This document shows positions 52,302 to 62,020 of a DNA stretch of 64,000 nt, one piece after another (the stretch's first letter is position 1; every line of letters begins with the position of its first letter). Source of the stretch: an uncultured Methanoregulaceae archaeon. GTDB lineage: Archaea; Halobacteriota; Methanomicrobia; Methanomicrobiales; Methanospirillaceae. A program made the translations under genes and the position numbers. The notes below the pieces were generated by a model. It did no database searches and was not told the origin of the DNA. It saw only the letters and a program-made list of their open reading frames with translations. The stretch spans positions 192,001 through 256,000 of the forward strand of contig CAVTTL010000001.1 in NCBI GenBank assembly GCA_963737635.1, written 5' to 3'.

Positions 52302-52800
52302 TTACCAGTTCGGGAACCTGGCGGGGACCGGGCTCTTTCCCGAGGGTTGCACGTTCCTGCTCTCGACGACAGGACGGGTCCGGCAGATCCTCTATAACGG
52401 TGTGCGGCTTGCAACAGTCCGTGCTTCTGACGGGAGGCTCACGCTCGGGATGGAAGGGGCACGCCGGCTCCATGCCATTCTCCCGGTGCCCTGCTACCGG
52501 GTCGCGATCCGGGACGATGTCACTTCGTTTGTAGCGCAGGGAAAGAACGCGTTTGCAAAGCATGTCGTCGCGGCTGACCCGCAGATCCGCGCGGGCGATG
52601 ACGTGCTGGTGGTGGCTGGCGGCGATCGGCTTATTGCCTGCGGCGCTGCGCTCCTTTCGGGCGCGGAGATGCTCGCATTTAATTACGGTGCAGCGGTAAG
52701 AGTACGGCAGGGGAGTGAGAAGAATGCTTCCGGGAAACATCAATCCACGCCAGATGAAGGCGATGATGAAGAAGCTGGGCATGCAGGTCGACCAGATTGA
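52237..52800 (+). CDS. PUA-domain protein (archaeosine TGT C-terminal-like); start uncertain
   Basis: IADYQFG, TGRVRQI, GKNAFAKHV..ADP.IRAGDDVLVV. Confidence 0.85.
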   Translation: MSTVSTGYSENSSLRRVQLIADYQFGNLAGTGLFPEGCTFLLSTTGRVRQILYNGVRLATVRASDGRLTLGMEGARRLHAILPVPCYRVAIRDDVTSFVAQGKNAFAKHVVAADPQIRAGDDVLVVAGGDRLIACGAALLSGAEMLAFNYGAAVRVRQGSEKNASGKHQSTPDEGDDEEAGHAGRPD

Positions 52801-53065
52801 AGATGTCCAGAGTATCGTCATAAAAACACCCAAAGGTAACTGGGTCTTCGGGCCGTCTGAAGTGACCGCGATGTCCATGCAGGGGGTCACGTCCTACCAG
52901 ATAACGGGTACCCCGACGTTCGAGGAAGCGGCCGTCGAGATCCCGGCCGAGGATATCGCTATGGTTGCCGAGCAGGCGCAGGTACCGGCCGAGAAAGCAA
53001 AGGCAGCGCTCGTCGCATCCAAAGGCGACATTGCCGAAGCGATCCTGAAACTCTCCTCGCCATGA
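52724..53065 (+). CDS. nac: Nascent polypeptide-associated complex protein
   Basis: NPRQMKAMMKKLGM, YQI.G, EDI.MV.EQ, GDIAEAI.KL. Confidence 0.95.
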   Translation: MLPGNINPRQMKAMMKKLGMQVDQIEDVQSIVIKTPKGNWVFGPSEVTAMSMQGVTSYQITGTPTFEEAAVEIPAEDIAMVAEQAQVPAEKAKAALVASKGDIAEAILKLSSP

Positions 53066-53787
53066 TTGAGGCAGGGGACCGCGTCCTTTTAGTCGGTGAG
53101 GGCAGGGAATTTTTCACCCGGGCAGGCCCAGGTATGCTCTCAACCGACAAGGGCCAGCTCGATCTTGGGCAACTCGTCGGGGCATCGGCCGGTGATATAT
53201 TTACCACGCACACTGGGACGCAGTTCGTGCTCCGCATCCCCCGGCCCACGGATTTTTTTGTGCACGGTAAGCGCTCCGGCGCCCCGATGCTGCCAAAAGA
53301 CATCGGCCTTGTTATTGCCTATACCGGCATGAACCGACACGACGAAGTTCTCGATGCAGGAACGGGGAGCGGGATTGCGGCGATCTACTTTGGCGGGATT
53401 GCAGCGCACGTAACGACGTACGAGATCAGGCCGGACTTCTCGGCGCTGGCGGCAAAGAATATCAAGGAGGCCAAGCTCGACAACGTAGAAGCGATTGCCG
53501 CCGATGTCCTTGCCGCTGAAGGGACCTATGATGTCATCCATCTTGATTTGCAGATCGCCACAGAGCACGTGGCCTTTGCATACGATCATCTCCGGGCTGG
53601 GGAGTACCTTGCCTGCTATACGCCGTTTCTGGAACAGATGGCCATTGTCGTCGATGCGGCACAGGCTCGGTTCCCCGAGGTTCATACCCACGAGCTCATA
53701 GAACGCGAGATGACCCGGTCCAAACGCGGGACCCGGCCCTCGACCAGCGTGAGCCACTCAGGGTACATTACGATAGCACGGAAATAG
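53062..53787 (+). CDS. trmI: tRNA (adenine-N1)-methyltransferase
   Basis: PKDIG, VLDAGTGSG, YE.R, Y.P..EQ, RP....HSGYI..ARK. Confidence 0.9.
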   Translation: MIEAGDRVLLVGEGREFFTRAGPGMLSTDKGQLDLGQLVGASAGDIFTTHTGTQFVLRIPRPTDFFVHGKRSGAPMLPKDIGLVIAYTGMNRHDEVLDAGTGSGIAAIYFGGIAAHVTTYEIRPDFSALAAKNIKEAKLDNVEAIAADVLAAEGTYDVIHLDLQIATEHVAFAYDHLRAGEYLACYTPFLEQMAIVVDAAQARFPEVHTHELIEREMTRSKRGTRPSTSVSHSGYITIARK

Positions 53788-53850
53788 GCGCCATTTACGG
53801 GGAAGCCGTAATATTAAAAAAGACCATAAGCATTTTAGACTCGGAAACGA

Positions 53851-54201
53851 TTACCCGGAATCGGGAGCGAACAATTCAGAAACCAGATCCCGGATTTCCT
53901 GCATCTTTTCCTGCCTGACGACACCGATGGTATCGCAGATCAGTTCTTTCTCTAAGGCATAGATCCCGTCAGCCTGCACAAAACTGGGACGATCGAGAGG
54001 ATCCTTCCTGGAGATCTTTGTTTGCCAGGCTGGCCGCCATCATCTTTGGTTTCCGGGTGGTGATCTTTGCGACATCACATCACGGTATATCCTGTTATAC
54101 CCGGAATTGCTCACTACAAGCGCCGGGCGTACCTTGGACTGGATCTGGTCTGAATAGGTAAAATCCACAAGGACGATGGTTCCCTGTGCCGGATCATTCA
54201 T
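53851..54201 (-). CDS. mazF: PemK/MazF-family toxin (frameshifted; absent from ORF track)
   Basis: Manual translation MNDPAQGTIVLVDFTYSDQIQSKVRPALVVSNSGYN, then shifted frames AKITT and DRPSFVQAD.IYALEKELI...IG. Confidence 0.8.
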
Positions 54202-54409
54202 GCGCTAACCGGTTCTTCGCGTAATCCTTCCAGGCATCATCCGGGTTATCGTAATCGACCTCAATCTTTGCCTTCCGGAAGATGATCCTATCCTTATCTG
54301 AGGAAATGGTCAGGTAATCCCCGTCACGGATATCGAGATCTGTCCGGATCTTCTTCGGGAGGGTGATGAGTCCTTTTGATGAGACCTTAACAAGAGTCGT
54401 GTCAGGCAT
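54194..54409 (-). CDS. AbrB/MazE-family antitoxin
   Basis: VKVSSKGLITLPKKIR..L.I..GD.L; overlaps toxin start. Confidence 0.9.
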   Translation of the reverse strand: MPDTTLVKVSSKGLITLPKKIRTDLDIRDGDYLTISSDKDRIIFRKAKIEVDYDNPDDAWKDYAKNRLAHE

Positions 54410-54832
54410 ATGCACTACAACTTAGAATATAAAATTCTTATATTATCTGTGTTGCGGGTGAAGAAGTATCGTGATCGACCGGCAATGGCGAAAAATACTA
54501 AGGCACGATCGTGTGACCGGTCTTTTTGAAAATTTCCGCTCTTTTTTTTCCAACTTCCTGCGCTTTATATCTCCTTTCGGCCAAGCAGTGGATCAGCGAA
54601 ATAAACAAACCGGAGGAACAAACGATGACCGCTCATGTCATACTACCGATCCCGGATGGAACAGAACACGGACAGCTGAAGATCCCCTTTGTCATTCACC
54701 TGGCATGCATCCTGCTCCTCGTGGTGATTACGCTCTGCACCGGCCCGCTCGCCGTATACTTTGCGTAGGGCCGGCTCACAGGAACATACTCTCTTTTTTC
54801 CCGAGGGGAGCGTGCAAAAGCCGGAAATGCGT

Positions 54833-56578
54833 TTACAAAAAGGTGAGCGGGTGGAGGTCGCACTGTGCGGATGCATGCGTTTTGATGCGCCGGATGAGGG
54901 AGAGTTCGGTTGCAAGGCCCAGGTCCCGGGAAAATTGCTCAGCCTGCGCCAGCTTGTCTGCCGTATCCGCGTACTTGTCCGGGAACTCGTCTGCTATCGA
55001 ATGGTAGAGCAGCGCTTCGGCAATAAAACACTGCGCAATCCCCCACTTTGAACCGATCTGGCAGAATATGGCAAACGCGTTGCCAAATTTTGCGTCTATG
55101 TCCCGGGGGAGCGGCTTTTTGAATTGTTGTGAGGCAATGCGTGCGAGTTCACATTCGCCAATGAGGGCAGAAGCAAACCGGCTGATGCTCCTGATCCGCT
55201 GTGCAGCAGTCTTTGCTTCCTCGTACAAGCCTGCGGCCTGAGCGAGGTAACGATCAGCAGTGGGCCCGGTGCTGGAACAGGCACAGGCCCGGGCCAATTC
55301 GGCCTGTTCCGGCAGAAGTGCGGCCCGGCCCCGGAAGAGATCGTCCCGGTAGATCGCGTCTGCGGCATCGTAGCATTCGCGGGCCCGATCAAACTCCCCG
55401 GAGAGCCGGTGGAGTGTTCCCATCCTGCGCAGGATGTCGCCCCGGAGTTCCTCTACGTCGGGGTTGTGGCGGTCAGGATCAGCTTTTTGGGCGAATCCCA
55501 ACGCACGGGGGAACCGGGTTGAGGCAGGGGCCATATTCCCGCAGATCAGCTCTATTTCACCTGCCCCGAACAGGTTCTTTGCCTGTGCAAACGGGCCGAA
55601 AGCCTCATTCCGGGCACCGGCAAGGAACGCTTCCTTTGCACCGGCAAAATCGTTGAGATGAAGGAGGATACTGCCACGCGAGATCCGGGTATCGGCAAGG
55701 ATCGCTGCCGGGTCAAGTCCCCGGGATTCTGCAAGCCCGATCCCACGGTTAAATATCCCGGACGCTGGCTCATACAGGTCAAGGCTCTGGAAGAACTGCG
55801 CGTACCAGAAGAAGAACCGTATTTCATGCTCGCCGGGAGGTGCGGTGGCAACAAATCGAAGGAAATCCCGTGCAAGCGATCCATCGATGTCACTTGCCGG
55901 GACCGTGCCAAAAAAGATATCCGCATAGATCCCTTCGAGATAGTCCCCCAGTGCAGCCGGGTCGCCGATGCGTTTCTGGAAGGCCTCATAGGCAGCTTCG
56001 ACCTCGTGACTGCGTTTCGTTCGTTCGCCAATGGTGGAGATTACCCGGGGCTGGACTGGTTCCGGCGTCTCCTGTGCCGTGTTCCGTGCAATCTCGCCAA
56101 GAAGGACCTTGAGATCGAGAAGTCCCCCGGAGGGGTTGTCCCTGCACCTCATGCGGATATAGCGGTTGAAGAGCCAGGAACGGCTGATGAAATAGTACGG
56201 GTTTGTCCGCTCGGCGCCGGCCCGGGCAAGGATGCCCCGGGTAATAAGCAAATCGAGGCGTTTCCTGAGCGCGGACTCGGATATGGCGTGATCCTTCTGC
56301 CCGGCCCCGGCACCGTGTGGGGCGTTGATGAGGGAAAGGATCTGCCGGATTTTCAGGGGGCCGTCGTACAGTGCAAGGAGCGTTTCTTTCGCGGCCCCGG
56401 AGAGCTCAGGCTCCTCGTTTACGATCTGCCTGAACAAAATCCGGTCCGGATACATCATATCTTGAGGATTGTTGGAGCGACTCCGGTCATATAGGTTCCG
56501 GATTGGCGTTGGCGAGGTGCCCCGGTACAACATGTGCAACAGTTGGAAAAAAATACCGTCCTTTTTGCCCGGTTCCAC
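54833..56578 (-). CDS. Winged-helix plus TPR-like protein
   Basis: N-terminal ISESALRKRLDLLITRGIL..Y HTH; C-terminal TPR-like helices (GDILRRMGTLHRLSGEFDRARECY). Confidence 0.7.
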   Translation of the reverse strand: MEPGKKDGIFFQLLHMLYRGTSPTPIRNLYDRSRSNNPQDMMYPDRILFRQIVNEEPELSGAAKETLLALYDGPLKIRQILSLINAPHGAGAGQKDHAISESALRKRLDLLITRGILARAGAERTNPYYFISRSWLFNRYIRMRCRDNPSGGLLDLKVLLGEIARNTAQETPEPVQPRVISTIGERTKRSHEVEAAYEAFQKRIGDPAALGDYLEGIYADIFFGTVPASDIDGSLARDFLRFVATAPPGEHEIRFFFWYAQFFQSLDLYEPASGIFNRGIGLAESRGLDPAAILADTRISRGSILLHLNDFAGAKEAFLAGARNEAFGPFAQAKNLFGAGEIELICGNMAPASTRFPRALGFAQKADPDRHNPDVEELRGDILRRMGTLHRLSGEFDRARECYDAADAIYRDDLFRGRAALLPEQAELARACACSSTGPTADRYLAQAAGLYEEAKTAAQRIRSISRFASALIGECELARIASQQFKKPLPRDIDAKFGNAFAIFCQIGSKWGIAQCFIAEALLYHSIADEFPDKYADTADKLAQAEQFSRDLGLATELSLIRRIKTHASAQCDLHPLTFL

Positions 56579-56816
56579 TACCTTATATGCTACGGGGGCA
56601 GACCTATAAAACAGGCCTGGAAGATCACAGGCACGCTAAGAAACGGGGAAGAACCGGAAACCCTCTCCCGGGCAAGCCTCCTCCAAAGCCCCATACCTGG
56701 CAAACGGCACCCCGTTTCTTCTTGGCACTTTTTTGAAATCGGGTTCTGTTAATTTGTTAGGGGATCACCAACTTTCCCAATCCTGAAAAAATATACGATC
56801 CCTCAGCAAGGTAACA

Positions 56817-56902
56817 GAACTACTAAAATCAACTAATATCTACTAAATTAGTAGTTCACCCGAGTGACAGGAGTGACATAAACTCTAAAATTTTAGAATT
56901 TG
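56817..56902. promoter_or_regulatory. Cluster of inverted and direct repeats in AT-rich intergenic DNA
   Basis: GAACTACTAA (56817) / TTAGTAGTTC (56848) 10 bp inverted repeat; GAGTGACA twice; TCTAAAATTTTAGA palindrome. Confidence 0.5.
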
Positions 56903-56955
56903 CGTTTTCCTTTGATAACAATCAACTGCTAGGATATCCGGTTGATCGTAGTGTT

Positions 56956-58239
56956 TTATTTACCGTTCTTGTTCATTCGAAATGCCCCGACAGGCACCCC
57001 AATCTCGAACCGACTTCCCATCCCGACTTGGCCGTTCTCACATATGGAAATACCCGTCATCGCAAGAATACTCTTGATCAGAAACAGCCCAAGACCAGTA
57101 TTCTGCCCAAATCCCCGTTGGAAGATCTTCTCCTTGTTCTCCTCAGTCACTCCCTGCCCGTTATCTTCGCATACCAGCAAGAGACGGTCGGGCTCCTCTG
57201 TTGCGGAGAACCGGATCTCCGGATGAGAGCCCGAATATCTCACCGCGTTTTCAAGAAGGTTGAAGAACACTTTCTCCAGCAATGGATCCGCATAGATTTC
57301 CCATTTACTGCAAGAATCGTCAATAGTCACTGAAGCGAGTTTCAATGGCATCCGAGCTCTCAGAATCGTCTGAGAAATATTCTGCCACTGCGGCGATTCA
57401 ATTCCGATATTTTGGTAATCCCGGGCAAAAAGAATCTGAGCCTGGATGGTGTCGATAACACCTTCACTTTTCAGCAGATATTTTTTCGTCACTGGTTCTT
57501 CTGATTGTTTGCCGGCAAGACTAAGGAACGAGCTCAAGGCGGACAGTTGGTTAAGAATGTCGTGATGGGTGATTTCATTCATCAGGTTGAGTTTACGGTT
57601 CGTAGCCTCGATATTTTTCTCAGCGAGTTTCTGCGGCGTGATATCCGAAGAGATTATCGTGACTGCAATAACCTCGTTGATCGACGCGTCAACGACAGGG
57701 TTCAGTTTGCGCAGAAAATACCGGCCGTCGTGCTCATATTCATCCTGGACCAAACGCTTGGTTTCCAGGACTTTTTTTAGCTGATCTTCAAAGATCTTCG
57801 TCTCTTCAGCGGAATGGAAATCTGCGTATTTTTTACCCGCGTACGTCTGCGACGAGAGGCCCTTACGATCGAGGTGCTTGTCATTGATCAGGAGATACCG
57901 GCCATCGCGATCCACCGTGTAGATCGAATCTTCAACCGACTCAATGAATGAACGGATCTGCATATCGGATTTCCGCAGGTTCTCTTTTGTTTCTTCCTGC
58001 AATCGGAGCGCCTCTCTTGTCTTCTGCTGCTGGATATACGAAGTTCGGAGGGGGAAATACATCAGAACAACCGCCAGGACACTGGTAAAAATAATGGTGA
58101 TTACGTGGGATTCCCAAAGAGTAATCGCCGGGTTTAGCACCTGCTTTCCAAATTCAAAGAGAAACATAATGCCCAGCATCGACAGAAAAACCAGAGCCAG
58201 GACTGGATATAATGATTTTAGTTCGTTTCTTTGGGACAT
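56956..58239 (-). CDS. Membrane PAS-domain sensor histidine kinase
   Basis: Two TM helices, PAS, HDILNQL H-box, NLLENA, EDNGQG, FQRG, GLGL. Confidence 0.95.
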   Translation of the reverse strand: MSQRNELKSLYPVLALVFLSMLGIMFLFEFGKQVLNPAITLWESHVITIIFTSVLAVVLMYFPLRTSYIQQQKTREALRLQEETKENLRKSDMQIRSFIESVEDSIYTVDRDGRYLLINDKHLDRKGLSSQTYAGKKYADFHSAEETKIFEDQLKKVLETKRLVQDEYEHDGRYFLRKLNPVVDASINEVIAVTIISSDITPQKLAEKNIEATNRKLNLMNEITHHDILNQLSALSSFLSLAGKQSEEPVTKKYLLKSEGVIDTIQAQILFARDYQNIGIESPQWQNISQTILRARMPLKLASVTIDDSCSKWEIYADPLLEKVFFNLLENAVRYSGSHPEIRFSATEEPDRLLLVCEDNGQGVTEENKEKIFQRGFGQNTGLGLFLIKSILAMTGISICENGQVGMGSRFEIGVPVGAFRMNKNGK

Positions 58240-58976
58240 ATTGCGTATTATTATGGGGATGCCGGCACGATAAAAGAATCAGTGAAACGGAGGCTTCTGG
58301 GGGGTTTTCGGGACGTTTACATAGTCAACGTTTTCGGTAACGATTATACCATTTTTCGGTAAGTCCCGTTAACGCGACAGCGCCCACAAACTATCCTCGT
58401 TCAGATCCGGTTTCCGAGGCGGATTTTTTTCCAGAGGGATACGAGACAGGAGAACTCTTCGAAATTTGGATTTCACTTCATTTCCATTAATGGAAATTAA
58501 ACGGAAAAAAACGATTCGGGAAAAATAAATAGTCGATAACACGATCTTTTGGGATCGCTACGGAGGGTTAATATTTAAGATAACATCCCCGCAGTTTCCG
58601 AACGAGGGAAAACTGAATTAGTGCCTCATGTTCCCTTTCTTTTCTGATGCCATACATAATATCCCGGATGGTGGGCAGGGTCTCCTTGACACCGGCGTTC
58701 TCCTTTCAGGATTGGGGCTTGTGCAATAGTCCTGTCACCATCAGAATTTACGTGGCCATTCATTTTTCTCATCCTTAGAATATCGTCCCCGGGACCTCCT
58801 GTTGGACATGGGTACCTTTCCAAACTCAGACTGGCTTTTTTTTCCAAGAATGCAAGGCGAGAGGGTAGATGCATACATCTTGATTTGAGATCCCCGCCCC
58901 ATGCCGTTGGTCTATGCGGGTTTAACGTTCCGGATTAGTCATGATGGACATTTTCAAATCTCAAAAATACATAGAA

Positions 58977-59372
58977 TCACCCATTCCTGTTCGATGACGA
59001 CTGTATCGCCATCCGGATCACGTTCACCAGATGGTTGATCTGCTTTCCTACGTCGTGGTGTTTGGAAAGGGTGCCAAAGCACCCATACATTGCAGCAGTT
59101 CGAGCGAGTTCTTCGATATTCTCCACACCGGAAAAAAGAATAAATGGCGTAAGATCTCCCCGGGACCTGAGGATTTTCAGAAATTCAAGGCCGTTCATCT
59201 CCGGCATATCATAGTCTGAAACAATGGCATCAGCAGGGGTGAACGTAAGCCATTCAAGTGCTTCTTTTACGGACGAGAGGGTATAGATATGTATCCCGTA
59301 CTTATGAGACAGAATATGGCAGACCATTGAGGCTACGGCCGGATCATCCTCAACGTAGACCACCGATACCAT
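58977..59372 (-). CDS. Single-domain response regulator
   Basis: VYVEDD, DAIVSDYDMPEMNGLEFL, PFILFSG. Confidence 0.9.
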   Translation of the reverse strand: MVSVVYVEDDPAVASMVCHILSHKYGIHIYTLSSVKEALEWLTFTPADAIVSDYDMPEMNGLEFLKILRSRGDLTPFILFSGVENIEELARTAAMYGCFGTLSKHHDVGKQINHLVNVIRMAIQSSSNRNG

Positions 59373-59385
59373 GCAAGCACTTCAC

Positions 59386-60702
59386 TCATTTCTGCTTTTT
59401 CCTGAAGTGCAAAATTACATAGACGATACCGATGATCAGGCCGACGAGGACGGTGATATCGACGGGATTGGACACGATTCCCTGGATTCCGGCCAGGTTT
59501 TTGACATCGATAGAAACTTTCATCGGGTCGGAGACGTAGGTATCGTCGAGTGCGTCATTGTACCGGATCTCCGTATCCAGGCCGTATTCCTTAATTGTCG
59601 CGTCGCTGGCGACACTCATCTGGTAGGAAGCCACTGCGGACTGACCCGGGGCGAGATCACCGAGATAAGCGATATCGGACGAACTGGTAAAGGGATCGAC
59701 CACGCTGATACGAGCTTCCGCGCTGTGGACGGTAGAATCCCCGGTATTCAGGTATTCGACCTGGATCGTCCGTTTACTGCCCGGGCTCATCTCCACCGGG
59801 GAGGACAGGACCGAGAATGCGACTTTGCTCCCGACGTCAACACCGACCGTCTGGGTCTGGGAGGTAACAAAATCGCCTTCATTGTCCTGGTAGACCACGA
59901 CAACGTCGACCGGATAAGTCTTGTTGATGGCATCCGATGCCACGGCGACCTTGTACTGGCAGGCCACGGTACTGCCGGCCGGGAAGTCGCCGATATAGAC
60001 GCTGGTGTCCACCGGGCTGACCGGGCTTGCGGTATCCTGGAGAATCTGGACGGTCGCCTTGGACCCGTCCAGCGACCCGATATTCCTGATGGTCAGGTTG
60101 ACGTAACCCTGGGCACCGGCGACCAGCGAATCGGACGTTGCCGTGACTACTGCCGGGATTACTTCAGACTTGATCGACACCGGGACGGTGACCGTTACGG
60201 TATACGGCTCGTAATAATACCGGACCGTGTCGAGACCGTACTGATCGATATTCGTATACTGGGTATAACTGATATTGAGCGGAATCTGGTAGGTGCCGCC
60301 TTGTGCATCGGCGTTGACCTTCGCGGAAAACGTCACCGTCGCCTGGTCCTCGCTCGCAATATCACCGACCATCTGGGGATCGCTTTTGATCACCACCGGC
60401 GCATCTCCGGACCCCATCGCGACCGTGACGAACTTCGCCGTCGTGGGGATATCGGTACGGTTCACGATGTTGGACGATACCTCATAGTTCGTGCTGATAC
60501 CGGTGTTCTGGATCACGACCGGGATCGCAATCTCGCTCCCGGCCGTATACTGGTTCGTACCCGTTATATACGCCGTCAGGTTCGGGCTCCCGTCAAGGTA
60601 TTTGGTCCCGGCAAACGCCGGGGTCACAAGACACGCAATAAAAACGAGGAGGATCAAGACCGTCCTGCCATTTTTTGCATTATGTACCATAGGAATCACC
60701 AT
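59386..60702 (-). CDS. COG1361 S-layer-like domain protein (paralog 3)
   Basis: GSP.L.A...GTN, TAK, YIGDFP, YP.DV.V.Y, AEARIS..DPF, YGLD.E.RY; C-terminal TM plus basic tail. Confidence 0.85.
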   Translation of the reverse strand: MVIPMVHNAKNGRTVLILLVFIACLVTPAFAGTKYLDGSPNLTAYITGTNQYTAGSEIAIPVVIQNTGISTNYEVSSNIVNRTDIPTTAKFVTVAMGSGDAPVVIKSDPQMVGDIASEDQATVTFSAKVNADAQGGTYQIPLNISYTQYTNIDQYGLDTVRYYYEPYTVTVTVPVSIKSEVIPAVVTATSDSLVAGAQGYVNLTIRNIGSLDGSKATVQILQDTASPVSPVDTSVYIGDFPAGSTVACQYKVAVASDAINKTYPVDVVVVYQDNEGDFVTSQTQTVGVDVGSKVAFSVLSSPVEMSPGSKRTIQVEYLNTGDSTVHSAEARISVVDPFTSSSDIAYLGDLAPGQSAVASYQMSVASDATIKEYGLDTEIRYNDALDDTYVSDPMKVSIDVKNLAGIQGIVSNPVDITVLVGLIIGIVYVILHFRKKQK

Positions 60703-60711
60703 GTTCTCTCC

Positions 60712-62008
60712 TCATTTTTTCTTTCTCATCACAAACGTGTAGTACCCTGCCCCGATCACGACAAGTACGATGAGCGTAAGGGCTATCGGAGCCTGCCCGA
60801 ATCCACCGGCTGCCGTGGGATCAGCGACAGCGACATCTGCGGTGAAGGTATCGGAAACCTGGCTGTTATCGAGGTCGTCACGGTACCTGACCTCGGTATT
60901 GAGGGGATAGGTCCCCGGAGCAGCCCCGCTCGCGGCGGAGAGAGCGTAATGGGCGGTCACTTTCCCACCGGGCGGGATATCCCCGAGGTAGGCGAGCGTA
61001 TCCGAGCTTGAGAGCGGCCCATAGGTCGAAAGCCGGGCTTCGGCATTATTAGCCACGATCGCGCCCGTATTCTGGTATACTACATCAATCACGCTGTCAG
61101 ATCCCTGCGTGATCACTGCCGGAGGTGATGTAACGATGAAGGAAAGTTTACCCGCCACCGGGATGCCGACTGTGTCAATCGCCGAAGTCACCGTATTCCC
61201 GTCGGCGTTCGTGTAGGTCACTTCAACATCGATCGGGTAGGTCTGCTGCTGCGCGGCGCTGGATACGGCGACCTTGTACTGGCAGGTAACAATGCCGTCC
61301 CGGGGGAAATCCCCGACATAGACGCTGTCGTCAGTTGGGATGATAGCGCTGTTCCCCTGCTGCAGGATTTTGACCGTTGCCTGGGTCCCGTCCTCGTATC
61401 CGACATTCTTGATAGTCAGGTTGATGTACCCTTCCGTCCCGACCGCAAGGCCGGATGCATTGGCATCGAGCACGTCAGTCTGGACGACCGGTTTAATCAT
61501 AACCGTGAGCGGGATCGTCAGGGTCACGGGAGCGTACACGGCCTGGACTTGGTCGCTCGTAGGCTGGTTGGCGAGACTGTTGGAGAGATAGGTATACTGG
61601 ACTGTTAGGGGAAGAGTGTATTCACCGAGCGTCGCATCTGACGTGATCTTAGCCGAGAACCTCGCGGTGGTGATCCCGGGGCTTTGGATATCGCCCAGGT
61701 TCTGGGCATCCGTCGTGATGTTGATAGGAGCTCCGCCCGAGGTGAGTGCTACCGTGACCAGTTTCGCAGTGGTGGGCAGGTCGGCCTGCGGCAGGGTTCC
61801 CTGGTTGGTGTAGGTTACCGCGGTTGTCCCGCTGTTCTGGATGTCGACGGTGATCGTCGCGGTCTGTCCCGGGTAGAACTCATTGGTGCCGGCAAGGTAG
61901 GCCGTTATCTGGGGCGAGCCCCCGACGTATTTTTCCTGGCCCAGCGCGGGCATGATGCAGAACAGGACCTGCTAAGATCAAGAGAGCAAATGGGGTGTAG
62001 GATTTCAT
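60712..62008 (-). CDS. COG1361 S-layer-like domain protein (paralog 2; signal-peptide region frameshifted)
   Basis: Same motif set as neighbours; ORF 60712..61953. Confidence 0.8.
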
Positions 62009-62020
62009 GGAATGTGCCTC

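Noticed and set aside
58300-58970. ORF 58626..58874 or structured ncRNA between kinase and response regulator
   Set aside because: No recognisable protein motif or convincing RNA structure
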